Part shown: positions 1 through 8,481 of the stretch, one piece after another | Layout of the letters: the number at the start of each line of letters is the position of its first letter | Numbering within the stretch: the first letter of the stretch is position 1 | From: Eubacteriales bacterium | GTDB lineage: Bacteria; Bacillota; Clostridia; Oscillospirales; CAG-272 | NCBI GenBank assembly: GCA_045534435.1 | Contig: JAZSJS010000165.1 | Span: forward strand, 1 to 45,232 | Direction of reading: 5' to 3' | DNA length: 45,232 nucleotides | Program-made: the position numbers and the translations under genes | Notes under the pieces: model-generated | Databases searched by the model: none | What the model was told of the DNA's origin: nothing | The model's input: the letters and a program-made list of their open reading frames with translations, nothing else

Positions 1-624
1 ATGCAAGGGCTTTCTCTCAAAAACGTCGCTCTGAGCGTCGTTGACACGGCAAATCAAAAGGTTGTGTACCGTGATTTCGGTGAGATGATGTTTACGCATT
101 TCGGGCTTACCGGCCCGTTGATCCTGTCGGCATCGGCTCACTTGGCGGACATTGACAAGAAAAAATATGAGGCACACATTGATCTCAAGCCTGCGCTGGA
201 TGAAAAAACGCTCAACGCAAGAATCCTTTCGGATTTTGAAAAATATCGCAACCGAGATTTTCTCAATGCGTTGGACGATCTTCTGCCGCAAAAAATGATC
301 GCGCCCTTTGTTCGACTGTCGGGAATCGACGCTCGCAAAAAGGTGCATTCGATTACGCGGGAGGAACGAGAGCGGATGGTTCGGCTTCTGAAGGATCTTT
401 CGATCCCGCTGATCGGCTTTCGACCGATCAACGAGGCGATCATCACGCGCGGCGGTGTTCATGTCAAGGAGATCGACCCGAAAACCATGCAGTCCAAGAC
501 GGTGTCCGGTCTTTATTTTGCCGGAGAGGTTTTGGACGTCGACGCCTACACAGGCGGCTTCAATCTTCAAATCGCGTTTTCCACCGCATATCTGGCGGGC
601 ATTTCCGCCGCTTGCGGGATATAA
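1..624 (+). CDS. HI0933/BaiN-family NAD(P)/FAD-dependent oxidoreductase, C-terminal part (5' truncated by window)
   Basis: Motifs GEMMFTHFGLTGP, ITRGGV, GLYFAGEVLDVDAYTGGFNLQIAFSTA; usual position upstream of cmk. Confidence 0.92.
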   Translation: MQGLSLKNVALSVVDTANQKVVYRDFGEMMFTHFGLTGPLILSASAHLADIDKKKYEAHIDLKPALDEKTLNARILSDFEKYRNRDFLNALDDLLPQKMIAPFVRLSGIDARKKVHSITREERERMVRLLKDLSIPLIGFRPINEAIITRGGVHVKEIDPKTMQSKTVSGLYFAGEVLDVDAYTGGFNLQIAFSTAYLAGISAACGI

Positions 625-647
625 GATTTTTTGAAAGGAGCAGACTG

Positions 648-1328
648 ATGCTCAAAATTGCAATTGACGGACCCGGCGGAGCCGGAAAGTCCACGCTGGC
701 AAAGGCGCTTGCCGCCAAGCTCGGCATTGTTTATGTAGATACCGGTGCGCTTTATCGCACGATTGGATATTACGTTCGTTCCAAGGATACCGATCCCAAG
801 GACGCTGCGGCGGTTTCAGCACTTTTGCCCGATATTTGTGTCGAGCTGAAATATGAGAACGGCGTTCAGGCGGTTTATCTCAACGGAGAGAACCTCGGTG
901 ACCGCATTCGCACTCCCGAGATGTCGATGTACGCCTCCGCCGTTTCGGCAATTCCTGCGGTGCGCGCATTTTTGCTGGATACGCAGCGCGATCTGGCGCG
1001 CAAGCATAGCGTGATCATGGACGGACGCGACATCGGTACGGTCATTTTGCCGGATGCCGACGTCAAGATTTTTCTCATGGCTTCGGATGAATGCCGTGCG
1101 AAGCGTCGCTATGATGAATTGAAGGCAAAGGGAATTGAGGCGAACTACGAGGACGTGCTTTCGGAGCTGATTGCGCGTGACCGTGCGGACAGCACCCGTG
1201 AGATCGCGCCTGCCGTGGCAGCCCCCGACGCCGTTGTCTTTGACAATTCCTGGATGACGCCCGAGGAATCGACAGAGAAGCTCTATCAGCTGATTCTGGA
1301 AAAGACCGGAACCGCCGCAAAGGCATGA
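648..1328 (+). CDS. cmk: Cytidylate kinase
   Basis: IAIDGPGGAGKST P-loop, DTGALYR, MDGRDIGTVILPDA; SD AAAGGAG before ATG 648. Confidence 0.97.
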   Translation: MLKIAIDGPGGAGKSTLAKALAAKLGIVYVDTGALYRTIGYYVRSKDTDPKDAAAVSALLPDICVELKYENGVQAVYLNGENLGDRIRTPEMSMYASAVSAIPAVRAFLLDTQRDLARKHSVIMDGRDIGTVILPDADVKIFLMASDECRAKRRYDELKAKGIEANYEDVLSELIARDRADSTREIAPAVAAPDAVVFDNSWMTPEESTEKLYQLILEKTGTAAKA

Positions 1329-1358
1329 CTCGAAATCAAACGAAAGGAAACGAGCCCG

Positions 1359-3398
1359 ATGAAAAAGATCACTGTTGCGAAAAATGCCGGATTTTGTTTC
1401 GGTGTCAAGCGCGCAACCGATTCCCTTGAGGAGGCTTTACACAATGCAAAAAGCGGAGAGCGGATCTTCACGTTGGGGCATTTGATCCATAACGAAACCT
1501 ACAACGAATCGATGCGCCGTCGCGGTGTGAATGCCATTGGTGCCGAGGAGATTGAATCGCTTGCCGCAGGTGCAACCGAGAAGTCTCCCGTCACGGTGCT
1601 GGTGCGCGCGCACGGATGCCCACGAGAGATCACGGAACGCTTGGCGCAGCTTGCCGCTGAAAATCCTCATTTCCGTTGGTTGGATTGTACTTGTCCCTAT
1701 GTCAAAAAGATCCATCGCATTGCGACCGAGCATAGCGACGACGACCATTTTTTCATTCTGATCGGCGCAGCAAATCACCCTGAGGTGATTGGAATCATGA
1801 GTTGCTTTGACGGTGAAAAATACGTTTTTTCGACAGCGGAAGAAATGGAATCGGCACTTTCACAACAGGGTACTGACAAAATCACCAAAAAAACACCTGT
1901 TTTGGTGGCGCAAACGACTCAAAATTTGGTCAATTGGCAAAAAAGTCAACAAAAAATAAAAAAACTATATACAAACACGATTATTTTTGATACAATATGT
2001 AACGTGACTGAGCTCAGGCAGACAGAGGCGGCAGAGCTTGCCGCAAGCTGTGACTTCATGGTCGTCATTGGCGGCAGGGAAAGCTCAAACACGGCAAAAT
2101 TGTATGAGATCTGTCGCCAAAGGTGCGACAAAACCGTCTGGATCGCAAACGCGGAGGAATTGGACACCGCGATGCTTTCGGACGCACAACACATTGGAAT
2201 CGTCGCGGGCGCATCGACGCCGAGCGATGAAATACAGGAGGTATATAAAACCATGAGCGAAATGAAAGAAAATTTCGAAAAAATGCTTGAAGAGACCGAG
2301 GTCTCAACTTTAAATACAGGAGATGTCGTTATCGGTACCGTAACTCACGTGTCTGATGCAGAGCTGCAGCTCGACGTCGGCGCCGGCGTGACGGGCTACA
2401 TCAAAGCAGACCAGATCACGAACGATCCTGCTTTCAAGTTGACCGAGAACTTCAAGAACGGAGACAAGGTTGAGGCCTTTGTCATCCGTGTCAGCGACGT
2501 TGAGGGTGTTGCAGAGCTTTCCAAGAAGAGAGCAGACGCAGACAAGAACTGGCAGAACATCGTTGCCGCTTGCGAGAACAAGACCGTTCTCGAGGGCAAG
2601 GTTGCAGAGGCTGTCAAGGGCGGCGTTGTGATCTACTGTGACGCAAACCGCGTGTTCGTTCCCGCATCTCAGACCGGTGTTCCGAAGGACGGCGATCTGG
2701 CAAGCATCGTGGGAAGCACCGTGCAGTTCAAGATCATCGAGATCAAGACCCCCAAGAAGGCAATCGGCTCGATCCGCGTGGTTCAGCGTGAGGCTCGCCG
2801 CGAGATGGAGGCTGCTTTCTGGGCAGGCATTGAGGTTGGCAAGACCTACACCGGCGAGATCAAGAGCATGACCTCTTACGGCGCGTTTGTTGACCTTGGC
2901 GGCGTGGACGGCATGGTTCACGTAACCGAGCTTTCCTGGAAGCACATCAAGTCTCCCGCAGAGGTCGTTTCGGTTGGCGACACCATCACCGTGTTCGTCA
3001 AGAGTTTCGATCCCGAGAAGAAGAGAATTTCTCTGGGCTACAAGACCGAGGAGAGCAATCCTTGGAACATCTTCAAGTCTCAGTATGCAGTTGGTGACAT
3101 CGCATCGGTCAAGATCGTCAGCATGATGCCCTTCGGTGCATTTGCAGAGATCGTTGACGGCGTTGACGGTCTGATCCACATTTCTCAGATCGCAATGCAG
3201 AGAATCGCAAAGCCGGCAGATCTCTTGGAGATCGGTCAGGTTGTGGACGTTCGCATCACCGAGATCGACGACGAGAAGAAGAAGGTCAGCCTTTCGATCC
3301 GTTCTCTCCTGGAGGAGGCTGCTGCGGCTGCAGAAGCAATGCCCGAGGAATACGCACAGGAAGAGGCTGCTGAAGAAGTTGCTCCTGTCGAGGAATAA
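1359..3398 (+). CDS. ispH-rpsA: Fused 4-hydroxy-3-methylbut-2-enyl diphosphate reductase / 30S ribosomal protein S1
   Basis: IspH motifs AGFCFGVKRA, HLIHN, RAHG, DCTCPYV, HPEV, DTIC, ESSNT, GASTP, followed by four S1 repeats (YGAFVDLGGVDGMVHVTELSW, FGAFAEIVDGVDGLIHISQI). Confidence 0.96.
   Translation: MKKITVAKNAGFCFGVKRATDSLEEALHNAKSGERIFTLGHLIHNETYNESMRRRGVNAIGAEEIESLAAGATEKSPVTVLVRAHGCPREITERLAQLAAENPHFRWLDCTCPYVKKIHRIATEHSDDDHFFILIGAANHPEVIGIMSCFDGEKYVFSTAEEMESALSQQGTDKITKKTPVLVAQTTQNLVNWQKSQQKIKKLYTNTIIFDTICNVTELRQTEAAELAASCDFMVVIGGRESSNTAKLYEICRQRCDKTVWIANAEELDTAMLSDAQHIGIVAGASTPSDEIQEVYKTMSEMKENFEKMLEETEVSTLNTGDVVIGTVTHVSDAELQLDVGAGVTGYIKADQITNDPAFKLTENFKNGDKVEAFVIRVSDVEGVAELSKKRADADKNWQNIVAACENKTVLEGKVAEAVKGGVVIYCDANRVFVPASQTGVPKDGDLASIVGSTVQFKIIEIKTPKKAIGSIRVVQREARREMEAAFWAGIEVGKTYTGEIKSMTSYGAFVDLGGVDGMVHVTELSWKHIKSPAEVVSVGDTITVFVKSFDPEKKRISLGYKTEESNPWNIFKSQYAVGDIASVKIVSMMPFGAFAEIVDGVDGLIHISQIAMQRIAKPADLLEIGQVVDVRITEIDDEKKKVSLSIRSLLEEAAAAAEAMPEEYAQEEAAEEVAPVEE
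1968..1996 (+). promoter_or_regulatory. Putative internal sigma-A promoter for the S1 moiety
   Basis: TATACA-17 bp-TACAAT with extended TG, in an A/T-rich patch inside the ispH coding region. Confidence 0.55.
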
Positions 3399-3411
3399 TC
3401 AATATCAAATT

Positions 3412-3450
3412 ACGGGAATAAGCGGTTTCGTTTATTCCCGTTTTTTATTT
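3412..3450 (+). terminator. Rho-independent terminator after ispH-rpsA
   Basis: ACGGGAATAAGCG-gttt-CGTTTATTCCCGT followed by a T run. Confidence 0.85.
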
Positions 3451-3574
3451 TTGAGGAAGCGAAAAAAGGGAAAAGTTTTTTATAAAGTTTTGCAAATCCC
3501 TCTTTTCAAACCGTTTTTTATATGATATAATATAATGTGATATATAATAGATAAAAAGGGAATTTGGAAACATT

Positions 3575-4054
3575 ATGTCGATTGAATCAGTAAAAAGCTT
3601 TCTTTCTGCCAAGGGACTTGGCGACAGAGTGATGGAATTTGAGGTGTCGAGCGCGACGGTGGAGCTTGCCGCGGCAGCGCTCGGAACCGAGGGGGCGCGC
3701 ATCGCCAAATCCTTGACCTTTTACGGCAAGGAGGGAGAGTGCCTTCTGATCGTGACTGCGGGGGATCAAAAGATCGATAATGCGAAGTTCAAGGCATTTT
3801 TCGGCACGAAGGCAAAAATGATGAGCGCTGAGGACGCGCTCTCGGCAACAGGACACGCCGGGGGCGGTGTTTGTCCGTTTGCCTTGCCCGAGGGAGTCAA
3901 GGTTTATGCCGATGTTTCCTTGCAGCGTTTTGACGTTGTCTATCCCGCCGCGGGAAGCGCCAACAGCGCGGTTCGCCTGAGCTGCGAGGAGCTGTTCGAG
4001 GCTTCCGGTGCATTGACGTGGGCGGATCTCTGCAAGCCCCGTGAAACAATATGA
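3575..4054 (+). CDS. YbaK/EbsC-family aminoacyl-tRNA deacylase-like protein
   Basis: IAKSL, TGHAGGGVCPF, VYPAAGS motifs; 159 aa. Confidence 0.9.
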   Translation: MSIESVKSFLSAKGLGDRVMEFEVSSATVELAAAALGTEGARIAKSLTFYGKEGECLLIVTAGDQKIDNAKFKAFFGTKAKMMSAEDALSATGHAGGGVCPFALPEGVKVYADVSLQRFDVVYPAAGSANSAVRLSCEELFEASGALTWADLCKPRETI

Positions 4055-4072
4055 CAAGAAAGGAGTGCGCAA

Positions 4073-6073
4073 ATGGCTACCAAAGATCAAGCAAAGCAAC
4101 AGTATGACAATCAAAGCATCAAGGCCCTGAAGGGCGCGGACCGTGTCCGCAAGCGTCCGGCGGTCATTTTCGGATCGGACGGCCTGGAGGGCTGCGAGCA
4201 TTCCTTTTTCGAAATTCTCTCCAACTCGGTGGATGAGGCACGCGAGGGTCACGGCAACGAGATCAAGATCACGGTTTATGCCGACAAAAGCATTTGCGTG
4301 GACGACCACGGACGCGGAGTTCCGCTCGGCTGGAACGAGGCGGAGGGGCGCTGGAACTGGGATCTGATCTACTGTGAGCTTTACGCAGGCGGTAAATATG
4401 ATAACAACAGCGACGGCTCGGCTTACGAATATTCTCTCGGTCTGAACGGCTTGGGCGCGTGCGCGACGCAGTGCAGCTCCGAGTTCATGGTGGTAAAGTC
4501 CTACGATGGCAAGGTCGAGAGAACCATCAAATTCAAGAAGGGCGAGGTCGACGGAGAGCTTGAGGAGCGTCCGCTCGGACCGAAGGAAAAGAGAACCGGA
4601 ACGGTCGTCCATTGGCGACCCGACCTCGAGGTGTTCACCGACGTCAATATCCCGCACGAATTTTTTGTGGATATTTTGCGCCGCCAATCGGTGGTCAATG
4701 CGGGTATCAATTTCGTTCTTTTGATCGAGGAGGAGAAAAATCGCTTTAGCGAGCAAAACTTCTTTTATCAAAACGGAATTTCCGACTATCTCGGTGAGGT
4801 TGTCGGAGAGGGGGCGCTTACGGCTCCGGTTGCTTGGCGCCTCGAAACACAGGGCAGAGACCGCGAGGACAAGCCCGAGTACAAGCTGAAGGCGGATATT
4901 TCCTTCTGTGTGGCAAACACCGTCAATCTGCTGGAATACTATCACAACTCGAGCTTTCTGGAGCACGGAGGCTCTCCCGACCGTGCGGTGCGTCTGGCAT
5001 TCACGTATGCGTTGGATAAATATTTGAAGGCCAACAATCGGTATGCGAAAAACGAGAGCAAGATCACGTTCAACGACGTCGCAGATTGCTTGGTGCTGGT
5101 GATCAACAGCTTTTCGACGATCACGTCTTATGAGAACCAAACCAAAAAGGCAATCACGAACACCTTTATTTGTGACGCGCTCAACGAGTTCCTCAGAAGC
5201 CAATTGGAGATCTATTTCATCGAGAATCCTAAGGCGGCGGAGGTCTTTGGCAACCAGGTCCTTTTGAACAAGCGCAGCCGTGAGAGCGCCGAAAAAGCGC
5301 GTATTGACGTCAAAAAGAAGCTTGCGGGCTCGATCGATGCTGCCAATCGCGTGGAAAAATTCGTCAACTGCCGCACGAAGGATCCCAACGTCGCCGAGCT
5401 TTATATCGTGGAGGGTGACTCTGCACTGACGTCGTGTAAATTGGGACGCAACGCGGAATATCAAGCCATCATTCCCGTGCGCGGAAAAACGCTGAACTGT
5501 CTCAAGAGCGATTTTGACAAGATCTTTAAGAACGAGATCATCACCGACCTCTTAAAGGTCATCGGTTGCGGCGTGGAGATCCACGGCAAGAAGAAAACCG
5601 ACATGAGTGCGTTTGATCTTGCCAATTTGCGTTGGTCGAAGATCATCATCTGTACCGATGCAGACGAGGACGGCTTCCAGATCCGCACACTGCTTCTAAC
5701 GCTTTTCTACCGTCTGCTTCCCACGCTTCTCAAGGAGCACAAGGTGTTCATTGCCGAGTCTCCGCTCTTTGAGATCACCACCAAGGATCAGACGCTGTTT
5801 GCATATGACGAGTTTGAAAAGGCGGAGATCCTCAAAAAGCTCGGGAACAAGAAATATACGCTTCAACGCTCGAAGGGACTTGGCGAGAACGAGCCCGAAA
5901 TGATGTGGCAGACCACGATGAACCCCGAAACAAGACGCCTGATCTCGGTCTCTCCCGCGGATGCCGCGGCAACCGAACAGATTTTTGATACGCTCCTTGG
6001 AGACAATCTTCCCGAACGCAAAAAGTTCATCACCGAAAACGGAAGCCGATATATGAAGGATATCGACGTGTGA
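4073..6073 (+). CDS. Type IIA DNA topoisomerase subunit B (ParE/GyrB-like, divergent clostridial type)
   Basis: VRKRPA, EILSNSVDE, DHGRGVP, GLNGLG (GHKL ATPase); EGDSA, PVRGK, TDADEDG (TOPRIM); KGLGE. Confidence 0.93.
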   Translation: MATKDQAKQQYDNQSIKALKGADRVRKRPAVIFGSDGLEGCEHSFFEILSNSVDEAREGHGNEIKITVYADKSICVDDHGRGVPLGWNEAEGRWNWDLIYCELYAGGKYDNNSDGSAYEYSLGLNGLGACATQCSSEFMVVKSYDGKVERTIKFKKGEVDGELEERPLGPKEKRTGTVVHWRPDLEVFTDVNIPHEFFVDILRRQSVVNAGINFVLLIEEEKNRFSEQNFFYQNGISDYLGEVVGEGALTAPVAWRLETQGRDREDKPEYKLKADISFCVANTVNLLEYYHNSSFLEHGGSPDRAVRLAFTYALDKYLKANNRYAKNESKITFNDVADCLVLVINSFSTITSYENQTKKAITNTFICDALNEFLRSQLEIYFIENPKAAEVFGNQVLLNKRSRESAEKARIDVKKKLAGSIDAANRVEKFVNCRTKDPNVAELYIVEGDSALTSCKLGRNAEYQAIIPVRGKTLNCLKSDFDKIFKNEIITDLLKVIGCGVEIHGKKKTDMSAFDLANLRWSKIIICTDADEDGFQIRTLLLTLFYRLLPTLLKEHKVFIAESPLFEITTKDQTLFAYDEFEKAEILKKLGNKKYTLQRSKGLGENEPEMMWQTTMNPETRRLISVSPADAAATEQIFDTLLGDNLPERKKFITENGSRYMKDIDV

Positions 6074-6099
6074 CGGCAGGCAAGAAAGGAATCGTAACA

Positions 6100-6897
6100 A
6101 TGAATTGGAATGAATATCTGTTTGACGAAACCGAGAAGCCGCTCGACCGATTGGTGGGTGCGTACAGCAGGACCTCGATCTTCCGTACGATCGGATTTAT
6201 CGGAGACAGCCTTTCCTCGGGCGAGTTTCAGGTTTACAACAGCCCCGAGCAGAACGAGTTTACCTATCTCGATATGTACGAGTATTCCTGGGGACAGTAT
6301 ATCGCGCGCAAGAACGGTTTGAAGGGATATAATTTTTCGCGCGGCGGCATGACTGCACAGGAATATGTTGAGCGCGGCTTTGCCGCTCGCTCGGGCTTTT
6401 GGTCTCCCGAAAATGCCTGTCAGGCATATGTGATCGCGCTCGGCGTCAATGATATTTATAACAACGGCATGGAGATCGGTAGCATCGATGACGTTGATCC
6501 CGACGAATACCGCAACAACAAAAAGACCTTTGCGGGCTATTATGCCGCGATCGTCAGCCGCTACAAGGAGATCAGTCCCGACGCAAAGTTCTTCTTTGTG
6601 ACCTTTCCAAACGAGGACAAGCCAAATCGCGAGGAAAAGCTGCAACAGATGCGGAAGCTACTCTATGATCTTGCCGATCGCTTTGACAATGCCTACGTGA
6701 TCGATCTTTATCAATACGGACCGGTCTATGACCGCGCGTTCAAGAACAAATATTTCTTGCACGGACATATGGCGCCCATTGGCTATGTGCTGACGGCAGA
6801 GCTGATCGATTCCTATATCGATTACATCATCCGTCACAATCCCGAGGACTTCAAGTACGTTGGCTTCATCAACCACGGAATGCCTCTTTATGAATAA
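6100..6897 (+). CDS. SGNH/GDSL-family hydrolase
   Basis: FIGDSLS (block I), SRGG, LGVND (block III), C-terminal GHM; SD AAAGGA before ATG 6100. Confidence 0.8.
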   Translation: MNWNEYLFDETEKPLDRLVGAYSRTSIFRTIGFIGDSLSSGEFQVYNSPEQNEFTYLDMYEYSWGQYIARKNGLKGYNFSRGGMTAQEYVERGFAARSGFWSPENACQAYVIALGVNDIYNNGMEIGSIDDVDPDEYRNNKKTFAGYYAAIVSRYKEISPDAKFFFVTFPNEDKPNREEKLQQMRKLLYDLADRFDNAYVIDLYQYGPVYDRAFKNKYFLHGHMAPIGYVLTAELIDSYIDYIIRHNPEDFKYVGFINHGMPLYE

Positions 6898-6940
6898 AAA
6901 GGCTCGCAAACACGGAACAATACGTGTTTGCGAGCTTTTT
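6896..6940. terminator. Bidirectional terminator between convergent genes
   Basis: AAAAAGGCTCGCAAACACG / CGTGTTTGCGAGCTTTTT inverted repeat with A and T tails. Confidence 0.85.
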
Positions 6941-6948
6941 CTGTGAAA

Positions 6949-8202
6949 TTAAAGATCAAAGTCCAGCATCACGGGGGAGTGATCCGAGGCATAGAGCGTC
7001 GGCTTCGCGGTGACGGTGCGGTAGGTCTTGGGAGAAATCTTGCCCTTGGCGAACATCTGGTCGATGCTGTAATCGTATCCCAGCGGATTTTCCTTGTCTG
7101 CCCACGGACAATCGTAGGCGACGTAGGTGTTCAGCTCGGGACAGTAGGTAGGGTAGCCGTGACAGGAGCAAAATTCCTTTTTGTCCTCGGTGGCATGAAA
7201 GGCGTTGACAAAGCCCGCCTTTTCCAATTCCCGACAAGCGGCGCGCTGATGCGTGGAGTTAAAGTCTCCGCCAACCACTGCGGGAGCATCGTATTTCTTG
7301 GAAAATGCATTCAAAAGCGGCACCAAGGTCTCGCGCACCTGCTCGGCACGCGCCGGATCGCCCTCCTCTGGCTGCTTGCTCTTGGTGTAGCTGTTTGCCT
7401 CAAGATGGGTGCAGCAGACAACGAACCGCTTGCCGGTTTCCAAAGTTTCAAAAGCCCCGACAACCGCGCTTTTCCAGATATTGTTATCGGAGGGGGCGTA
7501 ATATTTTCCCGTGATCTTGTCGGTCGCGTATCCGTTCTCGTCACGATTGGGAGTTCCGTAGGAGGCGAATTTACATTCCAACAGCTTGACGGCGCGTGTA
7601 TTGTAGAAGAGCGGATTCATCATCTTTTCGTCGCAGTTTTCGGGCAAGGCTTCCTCATAGCCGATGGCACGCATCGCATCCACAAGATCGGTCTTGCGGC
7701 GCCACGTACTCAGGATCTCGTTGAAGCCCACCACGTCGGGGCGGTATGCCATGACCTCGGCAACCAGATAGCCCGCGCCCATCACCCCGTAAAAGGTGTG
7801 GCATTCGGGCGGAAGATCATGAAACCAGACGTTGTGGAAGATCACACGGTTGGTTGCGGTTTTTTGCGCCAGCATTTCCTTGTCGTATTTTCCAACGAAG
7901 GAAACGGGGGAGGGGATCTCGGGCTTGCCGTCAGCAAACAGAACCTCGGTCAGATAATCCGCGGCGGCGCTGAAGCCAAACATATCTTTGGCGGTCACGA
8001 TCAGCTTGTTGCCCTCCGAGTGCGCCGAAAACGCACCGGTTTCCATGTCGGCGGCTTCACGGATCACAACCTCGCTCGCATCGGCAACGCTTTCGGTGGA
8101 AAGCGGAACGGTGATGCCTTCGCGGAACAAACGGTATTGCAGTACGATCGCGGGGAAGGCCGCAGCGTTGGCGGAGCCCTTCGGATAAACGATAGCAGTC
8201 AT
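6949..8202 (-). CDS. Endonuclease/exonuclease/phosphatase (EEP) family protein with extra N-terminal domain
   Basis: FHNV, GFNE, CTHL, GGDFNS, IDQMF, SDHSPV motifs; SD GAGGTG before ATG 8202. Confidence 0.85.
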   Translation of the reverse strand: MTAIVYPKGSANAAAFPAIVLQYRLFREGITVPLSTESVADASEVVIREAADMETGAFSAHSEGNKLIVTAKDMFGFSAAADYLTEVLFADGKPEIPSPVSFVGKYDKEMLAQKTATNRVIFHNVWFHDLPPECHTFYGVMGAGYLVAEVMAYRPDVVGFNEILSTWRRKTDLVDAMRAIGYEEALPENCDEKMMNPLFYNTRAVKLLECKFASYGTPNRDENGYATDKITGKYYAPSDNNIWKSAVVGAFETLETGKRFVVCCTHLEANSYTKSKQPEEGDPARAEQVRETLVPLLNAFSKKYDAPAVVGGDFNSTHQRAACRELEKAGFVNAFHATEDKKEFCSCHGYPTYCPELNTYVAYDCPWADKENPLGYDYSIDQMFAKGKISPKTYRTVTAKPTLYASDHSPVMLDFDL

Positions 8203-8234
8203 TCGGTTCACCTCTTGGATTGGATTTTTTATTT

Positions 8235-8263
8235 ATTTTATCATGAGATCAGCGAAATGTCAA
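8235..8263 (-). promoter_or_regulatory. Sigma-A promoter of the EEP gene
   Basis: Minus-strand TTGACA-17 bp-TAAAAT with extended TG. Confidence 0.7.
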
Positions 8264-8282
8264 GATGAAAATGTCAAGATGA
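8255..8282. repeat. 14-bp tandem duplication
   Basis: AAATGTCAAGATGA x2 (8255-8268, 8269-8282). Confidence 0.9.
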
Positions 8283-8371
8283 AAGCGATTTTAAATAAAA
8301 AATATGCTTGTGCGATTGACAGAATTTTGACAAAGGTTTACATATTATTCAAATATATTTTTTTTATGATG

Positions 8372-8400
8372 TTGACACCCACTTTATTTTATGTTATAAT
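8372..8400 (+). promoter_or_regulatory. Sigma-A promoter of the decarboxylase operon
   Basis: Perfect TTGACA-17 bp-TATAAT with extended TG. Confidence 0.85.
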
Positions 8401-8481
8401 TTTAGTATAATGGGGTAGGATGGTAATTTTCGTAATTACACACAAAAATGCCCCAAAGAAACAGATGTGGAGGTTGTCTTT

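Noticed and set aside
1329-1358. No plsC between cmk and ispH
   Set aside because: Minor synteny variation with no remnant or other signal.
3587-5464. 625-aa antisense ORF, and similar ones at 6928-8268, 13716-15149, 21011-22201 and 35937-37700
   Set aside because: They overlap well-supported genes on the opposite strand and have no recognisable protein motifs.
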